Shown here piece after piece: positions 53,721 to 64,000 of a DNA stretch of 64,000 nt; within the stretch, counting starts at the first letter, position 1; every line of letters begins with the position of its first letter. Below the pieces are notes generated by a model, which saw only the letters and a list, made by a program, of their open reading frames with translations, did not search any database and had not been told where the DNA came from. The position numbers and the translations under genes are program-made. The DNA is taken from the NCBI GenBank assembly GCA_013265495.1, contig MU058065.1, positions 8,308,302 to 8,372,301 of the forward strand, given 5' to 3'. This DNA is from Vicugna vicugna. Taxonomy: Eukaryota.

Positions 53721-55739
53721 CGGGAGTGGTGCTACATTATGGTCTGCGGCTGCATGTCACTCAGTTGCTTACTAACCTTGGGACCTGAAGTGATTTGCAT
53801 AACCTCTCTCTGCTTTTGTTTTCTCATCTGTGGAATGGGATAGTAATCCCATCTTCAGAGGACTGAATAAGATGGCACAGGTGAAGGAGCAGGCACTCAC
53901 ACATACCAGTGACCAGGATAGGAGATACTTGATCAGAGTAGATTCCCTCAGGGTAGGCACTCAGTAAAGGTTTTCCCAAACAGTGAAAACCTGAATCCAG
54001 CCATGGCCTAGAGAGACTGACCAGAGTCCTCACATAACAGAGAATCTGCTGTTATTTGGAGCAGTGCCTCATCTGGAAGGTTTTTGGCTCCCTCACCCAT
54101 GTCCGCTCCAAGAGCAGCTCTGATTACATCAAATGTCCTCGTTCCACCTGCCTCCTCTTCCGTCATCTCTAATGACGCTGTCTTCCCCAGCGGAGAAGCT
54201 GACAGAGCCTCCCGGGAAACAAATGGGACATTCTCTGCTCCAGCGGGTCACGTTATTAGGATTTAACAAGAGCGAATTAATTAAGGTCTTTGACACCAAA
54301 AACATTTCTTTTTCACTCCATAGACCCAAGAGATTGGCCACTAAGAAGTCAACTCTGCAAACATGAGGACCTCATCCTCATCCTGTTTGTTTTTCACTTA
54401 TGAGTGGAATGGGGTCAGGGAAGGAAAGTGAGCGAGATTTCTGAAATTACTCCGAATCTTTAAAACAGTGGGATAGGGTAATTAACGAAACAATAGAAAA
54501 GTTTTTTGTTAAAGCTCCCTCTGTGTGCAGTCCACTGAGGTTCTTTCCATTGATTTAGAGATGTCTGGTACTTTCCCTCTGAGATAAAAGGGTTCAAAAC
54601 TCAGTCTACAGCAAGTGGGCAGGGAGCAGGGGCACCAGGACTGTAAAAACATGGTTTTTCAAATTGAATTTTCATTCAACTCTAACAAAAAACCACATAT
54701 ATGCCACAAATATTCCTTCCTTTCTTCCCTCCTTCTAGATAGAAATAACCCCACCTGTCAAATATTTTAATTTCCTGATTAGGAAACAGAAAATATGGAG
54801 GAGGTAGCCCGGTGCAGTAGAAGAGACCAGGATTAGCTACTAACCATGACCTGGGGCAAGTTACTCACTCTCTCTACAATTCAGCTGACTTACCTATAGA
54901 ATGAGATGGTTAAACCTCATAACCTACAAGATCCTTTCAGGTCTGACATTCTAGGATTTTGAATTGAAATTACTTCCACTGTGAGGTGTCATGACTCTCA
55001 GATATTGGCAACTGTGGATGCAGCGGATTCCCAGTATTGTCGAGCCGGGGCAAAAAACCTACAAGCATCAGCTACATAAATGAACAAGATGATTCTCAGT
55101 CCACGTACTTGCATGTGGTTTATCCAATTTTACGGATTAACTGTTAACTCATATTTCCCCACCTGCTTCCTTAAGCACCTCCTCCCCTCGCCCCCCTCCT
55201 ATGCAAGGTCACCTTTCTCCACATCTGACCTGCTGAATGCTCAGAAGATGAAGATGACAGATTTAGAAGCAGACATGCCAAGCAAGCTCTGTCCCCTCAA
55301 AGGAGACCCCTTGGGAGGCAATTCAGTTGTGCTGACAGGGCTCAAAATATTTTAGGAACACTTAGGGAACTGCCTTCAGTGCCTGCAGCTCAGTTTTTGG
55401 AACAGATTCAGAAGTGGCAAGTCTGTCCTTTGATGATGAGTCTGTGGCTAGAAAGACCACAGTCTGGTAAATAAGGTAGATGCTCAAGCACATGAACTTT
55501 GGGGACCACGTGAGATGTGCCATCAAACTCAACTGCTTTTCTCTGTGGCCCCTAACCTAGCACTGAAGGCATTTTAGTTAGGGTAACTCCAGCAGACAGA
55601 AAGAAAAACCAGTCCCCAAATTCAGCGTTTTAACCCAATGCAGCGATTCAAGGACCCAAGACCCTTCCATCTTGTGGCTCCACGGTTCCCTAAGCTTTTG
55701 AATTTTTTTATCTCCAGCTAATAGGAAAGCATGGATAAG

Positions 55740-55743
<4 letters not shown>

Positions 55744-55787
<44 letters not shown>
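55744..55787. repeat. Perfect (AC)22 microsatellite
   Basis: 44-nt uninterrupted run. Confidence 0.97.
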
Positions 55788-55789
<2 letters not shown>

Positions 55790-57639
55790 TCCCCCTCAGT
55801 ACCCATTAAATCTTGGCTTGACCCACCCTCACATTCAGTGCCAGTCACCTCGCTCTACCTGAGTGCAGAGAGATCCCTGAGCTCAGTGTCCTGTTCTGTA
55901 AAGTGGAGGTAACATCACCACCTTCAGTGGGTTTCTGTGATAAGTTGACCATATTTGCGAAGCCCTTTTGGTGATAGCATTTTGGTAAGCATTTATTAAA
56001 TGTTGACTCTCATCACCATCATTATCACCATCACCATCGTCATCACCATGACCTTGGCATCACCACCCAGAGCGGCTGAGAAATGCAGTTCTGTCGGTAT
56101 CTGTCCAGAGAGTGAGAGCTCTAAGCCTCATTTTAAAAAACCCACAGAAAAAAGTCTACAGTCTCTTAAACACACTTCCAAGAAAGGACCTCTCGATTTT
56201 ACTAATGCAAGGATATTTGGGGCTCCAGGGATATTTCTCTTTCCCACCCAGTCCCACTGAGTTAAGCTCACTCCATTTCAAAGAGTCTCGGCCCTCTTAG
56301 TGACCGTCTAGCAAAGGTCTTCTCACAGGTCTCTGCAATGCCCTGCACGGGCAGAGTGGCTGCGATGGTTCTGGCTCTGATGCACTGAGAAACACTCTGT
56401 ATAGCTCGAACAAGGTCAACTGGCCCAGCAGGGGTCCTGCTAGGAAGGGAGTGCTTTCAGAAGTCACCTCCCAGGGGACACCCTCTCCCTGGCCATTGAT
56501 AAGGCATGGATGGGATGGAAACAGAAGGGGAAGGTGGCTTTGCGTTCACCCTCATTGAAGGCTCTCAGCCTTTTGAGTCTTTATTATGGGGTCACTTGAA
56601 GAACTAAAACTTGAACCTTTTGAGTCAAGGTAAGCCTGCCCACGTGAAGCCCCTGGATCCACATCTCACCACCTCAGGGAGGCCCCCAGAGGTACAGCGT
56701 GGCTACGCTTGTGAGAAACACAGAGCTGTACCCCTGGAGAATATTGGGCAGGTGGTGGCATCTCCCAGTAGCTCCTGCTGGGCCCACCCAAACTAGCTGG
56801 TTATATTGATTTCTTTCCCACACCTACCCAATTAACACTTAAGTGCCAGTTCTGGACCCTTGAGGGGTAGCATCTGGAAGATGAGTACTTGGCAACGGTG
56901 GGGCTTCAGGGGTAAGTCTTGCCCCACAGCTGTCTGACAACAGGTAATTCGCAGCGGGAGGGGAGCATCCTTGGCACCACTGAAGGTTCTTGGTGGTGGG
57001 AGAGGAGACACAGGTATGAAGTCTCACCTCCACAAGTGTAGAATCAGTTGGTCTTCAGAGCTCCTTTCAGTTCTAGCATGTTCATCTATGAACAATGACT
57101 CAGGCTGAGGATTGGGAAGGACAGTTGGAAGACAGAAGACCAGGTGCCTGTGGCTGGGAATGGAGTTGGCAATAAAGGAGGAGAAGGGAGGTGAGGGGGA
57201 TTTTTTCTGTCCTGTAATTTCCCCTCAAACAATTAATATCTCGTAGCACCCAGTATAAATCTATGCCCAGCCCAGTGAAGGCACCAGCACATGGGGTTCA
57301 TTACCTCATTTAATCTCAGAAAAACCCTATGAGGATGGGGTTATCAGCCCCAATTTCCTGATGAGAAAACCGAGGCTCAGAAAGAGGAAGTAACTTACCA
57401 CAGGCTACAAGGCCAGTAAGTGGCAGGTGTCTGAATGTTCAGTACATGTTCCTCAGTGATTTGACTCTAAACTGTCTTTGCGTCTAGGAGAGAAAGCACC
57501 CATTTCTTCAACTGCCTTAGTTTTTCTTGTCTGTCACATCTGGAAGTAGAGTATTTTAAAAAAATTACTTACAGCTCTTTTTTTGATCAACATTCAGAGC
57601 CTTCTGTGAGGCAGCAGGCCAGGAAAGGATCATGTTCTA

Positions 57640-57812
57640 GGCAGTGCTGTTCAAGTGTGGCCCATACTTAGGTGGCATCAGTATCACTTGAGAGCTTCTA
57701 AGAAATGCAAATTCTTAGGCCTCATCCCAGACCTCCTGAGTCAGATTCTCTGAGGGTAGGACCCAGGAATCTGTGTTTCCACAAACTTTCTGGTTTGAGA
57801 AGCCCTGTTGTA
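57640..57812. mobile_element. MER5A-like MITE
   Basis: gcatcagtatcacttgagagctt..agaaatgcaaattcttaggcctcatcccagacctcctgagtcaga. Confidence 0.8.
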
Positions 57813-60289
57813 GAGTGTCTGCATCCTTTCTACTACTTAAACTAGGATGCTCATAGGAGAAGAGATGCAGGTGGGAAGCAGGATCTGGTGTCCCTGAGGA
57901 CCAGAGCTCTTCTCTACATACTTCTCAGTCAGCCTTGGGCTGTTAACTCCATACATCATGGGAACTAGTCTTTTTGTTCCATGACAGGTGCTCACAGAAG
58001 CACATAGTAGGTACTCAGGAAATACTAACTAAACAGAATTATATTGTATCTCGCTCCTGTGGACACAGCAAGAACCAACGGCCTAAGTTCAGCAGAGGAG
58101 GAATGGGATGTCAGGTCAGAGAGAACTCCGTAACAGCTCTGAGATGAGCTAGGAGCAGGGGAGCCATGTAGGCAGGACCTCCTACTCACAGTGGCCACCT
58201 CCCCTCCCATCCTCATGGGCTGAGCAGTGGTCCATTTCAGCTGGAGGCCATGGGAGAGATATGATGACAAACAAAGGGTTCCGACAACCTATGGAGCCTT
58301 CAGGAAGAGCCTGGGAAGATGGAGAGATGTTAGAAAGATGCAGGTGGCAGTTCTTCCAGAACTGCATCAGTGGATACAGCCCAGGGCTGGGCACCTTGTT
58401 AGGCGGTCAATGATAACTGTCAAGTTACATAGAAAACCCCAGAAAGGGACTGAATCAAAACATATTGAGTTTCTGATATTGCCTTGCATTCTAATTTTCC
58501 ATTTTGTCTTTCTACTATTTCTCTGCCTCCTTTCACCAATAGCCTTCTTTCCTCCTATTCTAATTTTAGTCTCTCTCTCTTTTTCTCTGTCCACTGCCAT
58601 TTCCTTCCCATCTTCTTTCTCTTTCATCTCTTCAACCTTGCCCACTTCACCGGTCCCTATCAGGTGAGCCCCACCCACCTTCCTTCATTAAAACAAAATC
58701 CTGCCACTCAAGAACTCAGAAATTTATAGAGCAAGAAGCAGAGGGAGGGCTAGGCAGTAGATGTGAAGGAGGAAGTTTGTGCTTTTCCAACTTTTGCCGA
58801 ATAGCATTATCTACAAAAACAGGTGCACCTTCCTCCCCTTCAGCCATCTATCCATTAAAATGGTTTAATTACTTCCTGAACACTAGACAGTTAGATAATT
58901 AGGAGGTGGCGTCCAGACCAAAAATTTAAGCCACCCTCTTCAATCAGGGTAAAACTGTCTGATCAAGAAGCTAATTAAGAATCAAGTGTAATGACTCTTA
59001 CTGTAAAGAATGAGTTTAGGGCTGCAAAGGATCCCAATTTTCTCTCCCAGAGGCTCCTGCCTCCTCCATCATCACCAAGGCTTCATTAAGCTCCTGATAC
59101 TGTATTAGCTGTCCAAGCCTCAACCATACCTGACCTCTGTCCTCGAAGGGCTTACAATCTAGGGGGAAAAGCACAGCAGTGTCCGAACAAGGCTTGTGTA
59201 ATAAATGAACAAGTGAACCCTGCAGTGCTGAGGATGCACAGGCATGTATTCAAAAGGCTGAAAGAAGTGATGAGAGTTGGCCCATTGGGAGATGGTGAGA
59301 AAGAGGACGTCTCCTTGTCCATAACCAGGCAGGAGGTCCACAAGTGGTCCAAAGAAGATTTATGAACCCCCTAAAGTCATAAGGACACTTCATGTGTCTG
59401 GTTTTTCCCAGGAAGATGGTCCTTAGCTTTTGTCAAAGGAGTACGTGACCCAAAGGATTAGGAACAACTGGGCTACAGGGAGACCATCTCTCCTTCAGTG
59501 GACCCTTGAAGACCTATTGCACAAAGGGCAATTTCAGGCTCTGTTGGAGTCCTGGAAGAAAGAGTAGCCATGAGTGGCTGTCTTGTCTCCTAGAATCACA
59601 GTGTGTTGGAGGTTGAAGAGGTTTTGAGATGTTGCCATCCAGCCTCTTAGCTTGTCATCAAGTTGGCGGAAGTGACTCATTGCCGTTTGCACCTGTGAGT
59701 CAGCTCTTCCCCTCCGGGGCCAGACCCGCCACCCCTAGATTTACAGTGCTGCAGGGCCAATGCCCCTGTGCCTCATCCCCCATGTCGTCTCATCCACCAT
59801 GGGTCCCAGCCTCGCAGACCACCCTCATGATGTGGACAGTCATCCCTTTCCTGTCTCGCTCATCCCTTAACGGGCCCCATCTTCCCGGCCCTTCCACACG
59901 CCCTCTGGACCTCATAGTCCACCACTGGCAGCCTCTTCTCCGAGTGTCCCCGTCATCATCCTTTAACTGAAATGTAGCTGTCTCCTGGGGACATTGTTTC
60001 TTGCATGGCTGTCTCAAGTGGTGGCTGCTTTTTCTCCCTTACACTGTATTCTGTAGAGCTTGGAGGTGAGGCCATGTCCTCTCTGCTCACCATTACCCCT
60101 ACCCAACTGCCTCTCTCCCCTTATCTCTCAGAAGCCCCAGCTGCTATGAAGTGAATGTCATCCTATATCTCCACCCCTTTTCCCTTCTTGATGCTGCTGG
60201 CTGCTGACTGCCTACTCACTCCTCCCATCCCCGATGCACCTGCGCACACACTCTCTCCCACCATTCCTGTCTTCAGCACTTTTGTAGAT

Positions 60290-60600
60290 CAGTGGTCCTC
60301 AGCACAGGGGATGCCGTCCCAGAGGGGGCATTCTGGAAATGCACGAGGCTTTTGGTTTGTCTTCTAAAGAAGTCGTGCCCTAGCATTTACACTGAAATGT
60401 ATATTATATTGTTATAAATGACTTCCTTTTTGTTTTTCTTTACATCATCTGTCAGGGCATTATATTAATTTAAAAAAGAGAAAACAGTAGCTTATATTAT
60501 CATGTGAGTTTCATTTCAGAATAGGAATATAATTTTTAATATAATTTTTTATATGTGCATATATTTATTTACACCATGTATAGACACGCAGGACAGACAT
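60290..60600 (+). mobile_element. MER20-like hAT element fragment
   Basis: cagtggtcctca...ccagagggggcattctggaaatg..ttttggtttgtc. Confidence 0.45.
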
Positions 60601-60639
60601 TACATAGGAAGGGGATCGGAGCTTTACTCTGTCATTTTA

Positions 60640-60932
60640 GGCTAGAGTTATGATTTCCTGCCACTAAAATTAAGAAGGCTGATAGATGAGAAAAAGGTGG
60701 AGTTATGCAAGGAAGAAGCAAGGACTGCAGGCAACTTCTTGAAGCTGAAAAAGGCAAGGAAATCGATCCTTCCCTCAAAGCCACCAGAAACAACCAGCCC
60801 TGCTGACACCGTTTTAGCCCAGTGACACTGGTTTTCAACTTCTGATCGTTAGAACTGCAAGGCAATACATTGGGTTGTTTCAAGCCAGCGAATGTGTGGT
60901 CATCTGTGCCAGCAGCAGTAGGACACTAACAC
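60640..60932 (+). mobile_element. MaLR LTR 3' part (MLT1C/D-like)
   Basis: gaagctgaaaaaggcaaggaaatcgat...cagccctgctgacac...agaactgcaag...gcagcagtaggacactaacaca. Confidence 0.8.
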
Positions 60933-60939
60933 AGTCACT

Positions 60940-61810
60940 GCCGCCACCACCCAAATCCACACACCCTGCCCTCATGCCCACCACCTCCCAGTGGCACCAG
61001 TGTTTATCTCACTGCAGAGGCCAAAAGCTTCAGAGTTGCCCAGAGTTTCCTCTTGACGGACACCTCCCCTGGCAACAAGTCTGTCCGCTCTGCCTCCAAC
61101 ATACCTCCTGACTCCAGCGGTTTCTCACCGTCTCCACCGTGCTCATCCTCATCTCGGCCACCATCATTTCCAGCTTCAATCACTACCTCACTTCCTGCTT
61201 GGTCTTCTGGTCCTACCCTTGTCCCTCTTCAGTCTGTTGTTTCCCAGGAGCCAGAATGAACTTTCTGAGGGTAAATCAGATCACATGGTCCCCTTATTAA
61301 AACCCTTCAATGGCCTCCCATTATACTCAGGATAGAATGTAAATTCCTTGCCGTGGCCCACAAGGACTTACTGTAGGCTGGCCTCTGCGCACCCCATCTC
61401 CCTGCACCGCCCCACTTATCCACTGCCCCTGCTGCACAGACCTTCTTTCTGACCCGTGTGCACTCCGTTCTCACCTCCTGGCCTTCGTGCCCACAGCTCC
61501 TAACACTGACGTGACCCCCAGACCTTTGTGAGGACTCCTTCTCACCATTTGAGTCTCCACTCAAATATCACCTCCCCGCAAAGCCCTTTCCCACCATCCT
61601 CTCTGTAAAACAGGATTCTCGACATCTGCAGCCAGTGGCTATTTCACCCCATTTTACCTTCCTCATAGCATATGTCAGCACCTGAGAAAGTCTTACTGGT
61701 TTGTTTCCGTGTCTACCTTGTGTCTCTCCACTCTGCCTGTCCTGCTCACTGCACTCGCAATCCCCAGTGCTTAGCACACAGTAGGTACACATTAATACGC
61801 AGTTTCCTGG
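60940..61810 (+). mobile_element. L2 fragment
   Basis: aaatcagatcacatg..aaaacccttcaatggcctcccatt; ccccagtgcttagcacacagtagg. Confidence 0.8.
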
Positions 61811-62120
61811 TTGTCTGATGTGGCTCATTTCTGACTCTGCACTGTCTCTGACCAATATAACTGTGCCAAAGTTCTCTCCCCCAGGATTGTGCGTATTTCA
61901 GTAGCATTGGGCTATTTATTAAATAGCAAAGACTTAACCAGTGGGATCTCAGACATTCAGCAGGTATGGAATGACCATGGGGGTTTCTCTGATGGTTCCT
62001 TTAAAAAGCACAGGATTTGCTCAACCTCCGCTAAGTGCCGGGTGCCATGGACACAGGGCAGAGGGAGGAAAAGATACTTACATTATGCCTCAGTGGACAA
62101 TGAATTTGGACTTTGTCAGG

Positions 62121-62170
62121 CCAAGGAGCAGGAGGGGCGGGGCCAAGGAGCAGGAGGGGCGGAGCCAAGG
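62121..62170. repeat. 22-bp tandem duplication (about 2.3 copies)
   Basis: ccaaggagcaggaggggcgggg / ccaaggagcaggaggggcggag / ccaagg. Confidence 0.92.
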
Positions 62171-62436
62171 CAGGCAAAGGCGCTGCAGGTAGGTGCCCAG
62201 CTGTTTCATGCACTTGGCGAGGCAGCCAAAGACTCGCTAAGCCTAGAAATGTAGGGATGGTTACCAGGTGGCCCAGAGCAGAAAGGGAGGTTTGAAAAGA
62301 ACAAATCAAAGCAATATAAATAAAGGCTCACTCAAGTCCTGAACCCTGTTACACATAAAGGAAGACTGACTTCGCCTAGCAGTGACCCTGCTTCCTCTTA
62401 CTTGCCTTTGTCTTTCTCTTCTCCCTGCGGCCTCAG

Positions 62437-62807
62437 GTCTCATCATCCACGAGGGACCCTCCGTGTACCGCATCTTTAAACGGTGGCAGGCTGTCAACCA
62501 GCAGTGGAAAGTGCTGAACTATGACAAGGCGAAAGACCTGGAGGATCAAAAGGCAGGAGGCAGGACAAACCCCAGGACCTCCTCATCCACCCAGGCCAAT
62601 GCCCCCTCCTCAGAAGAGGAGGCCGCGGGCACCCCTGCCCCTGAGGAAGGCCCTGCCCGCGAGGCCAGTCACCACCCCTCAGGCCCTCTGTCCGATCACC
62701 ACTGTGCTTACACCATCCTGCACATCTTGAGTCACTTAAGGCCTCATGAACAGCGGAGCCCCCAGGGCGGCAGCCGGGAGCTGGTCATGAGGGTCACGAC
62801 GGTGTGA
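62437..62807 (+). CDS. MARCHF4: MARCHF4 last coding exon (cytoplasmic tail, stop TGA)
   Basis: Long polypyrimidine tract ending cctcag|. GT completes the split Gly codon, then LIIHEGPSVYRIFKRWQAVNQQWKVLNYDK...CAYTILHILSHLRP...RELVMRVTTV*. Contains a class I PDZ-binding C-terminus (T-x-V) and a YxxL motif (YTIL). Confidence 0.97.
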
Positions 62808-64000
62808 GAGGAGAGACCTGGGAGGGAGGCGTGACCACGCACGCGCGCTCGCTCACGCACAGGAGAGACGAGAGGATGGGCTGGGAAGGGCGGACCCGAC
62901 CCGACCCGACGGGGCGCCGCCGCCCGGGGGAGCGGGTGTTGAGGGGCAGAGGCCCCCCAGGGGCGGAGGGCAGGCAGAGGGTGGTGGCTTTGCCGGGCCT
63001 GGGGGCAGGGTGGGGGCTGGAGTGAGTGAGGCTGGTTCTGTGAGCAGTTTCCGGATTTCCGATCAGTCGAAACCGTTCTCCGGCGAGAACAAAGAAAAAC
63101 AATACGAACTCAACAAGGAAGTGCAATACAGACTGAGCACCCAGATGTGCTCATGCGCAGAACACCTGGGAGAAGTGGAGGCTGGGGAGGGCGGAGCCGC
63201 GTGTCTGGTGATGGCGGGAGGGAAAAATGCGAAGGGCATGGAAAGGAAAAGCACTTGTAGGCTGCTCCGTGTCACCCTTGAGTTTTCTTTGGCTTCCACC
63301 TGGGCTGTGTTCCAGGGCCAGCTGTGGGGAGGGAGAGGGACGGGCTTGGGCTGGCAGAGAGGAGACACATGGCATTTTCAGCCCCTAGGCTCACCTGAGT
63401 GGGCAGGATTCCTGACTCAGAGGGCCTGGGGCGATGATGCAGGGAGGAAGATGTTGGCCTGAGCGGCCAGAGGGAGGGGAATGTCTTCTTTTGAAATCAG
63501 AACTCCCAATTTCAGATGGGCTCAAAGAGGACTTAGGTTTGGGGTTGAGTGTCTTTTCGTGCCGTTGTTACTTTATTTTATGGTGACTTGGCTCAAAGAT
63601 GTTTACAGGAAAACACACACACACATGCATACAACTAGAGAAGAATACAGATTTCCTGTGGGTGTCTCAAGCACAGTCCTGCTGCTGTGGTTTCAGCCTT
63701 CAAAGCTGCCAATCCAGGAGTGATTTTCCCAACCGCCCAACCCTACGCATGGCCAGGACACGCTCAGTGCCATGGCCTCTCCTGGCTTGGTACGTGCTGA
63801 GCCCAGGGCCCCCCACGGCAGGGCATCTCCTGCCCAGGGTCTCCCAGGAGAGCTGCAGGGGGGAATGGGAGGAGGCTGACCAGATGTGCCCCGAGGAGTG
63901 GAGTGGAGACCTATCTAAGTATTCCTGGCTGCGCGGGAGGCTCCCCCAAGGGCAGTTCGGCTAATCCCTCTGTGCTCCGTGCTCCCTGGTGCCTCCCAGG
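62808..64000 (+). other. MARCHF4: MARCHF4 3' UTR (incomplete, continues past the window)
   Basis: Follows the stop codon and looks repeat-free and GC-rich. I saw no AATAAA or ATTAAA before the window end. Confidence 0.8.

Noticed and set aside
41456..62807. Assignment to paralogs MARCHF9 or MARCHF11
   Set aside because: Diagnostic RING-CH residues, the tail sequence and the very long upstream intron fit MARCHF4 as recalled.
1..64000. Prokaryote-type systems (CRISPR array, operons, defence islands) or a novel multi-gene system
   Set aside because: The sequence is a mammalian intron-exon locus; I saw no repeat-spacer arrays or dense ORF clusters.

Overview
Mammalian genomic DNA, not prokaryotic. 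The window holds the 3' part of MARCHF4 (MARCH4), a membrane RING-CH E3 ubiquitin ligase, on the + strand. Positions 1-41455 are inferred to be the distal part of the long first intron. Three coding exons follow at 41456-41611, 46532-46724 and 62437-62807. They have canonical GT-AG sites and consistent phases, and together give 239 aa ending in the PDZ ligand RVTTV. The 3' UTR runs off the window end, and exon 1 is upstream of the window. The introns are mostly old interspersed repeats (L1, L2, MIR, MLT1 LTRs, MER DNA transposons) plus microsatellites and two assembly gaps. Two tRNA-Ala-derived SINEs resemble the camelid Vic-1 family, which suggests a camelid genome. Nearly all ORFs in the track are spurious. 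I found no evidence of a novel biological system. The most notable non-routine items are a U6 snRNA/L1 chimeric retrocopy with target-site duplication, an apparent tandem L1 re-insertion at one target site, G-quadruplex motifs in the 3' UTR, and several motif-dense non-repetitive intronic segments that may be enhancers. Repeat family names and boundaries were assigned by eye and are approximate.
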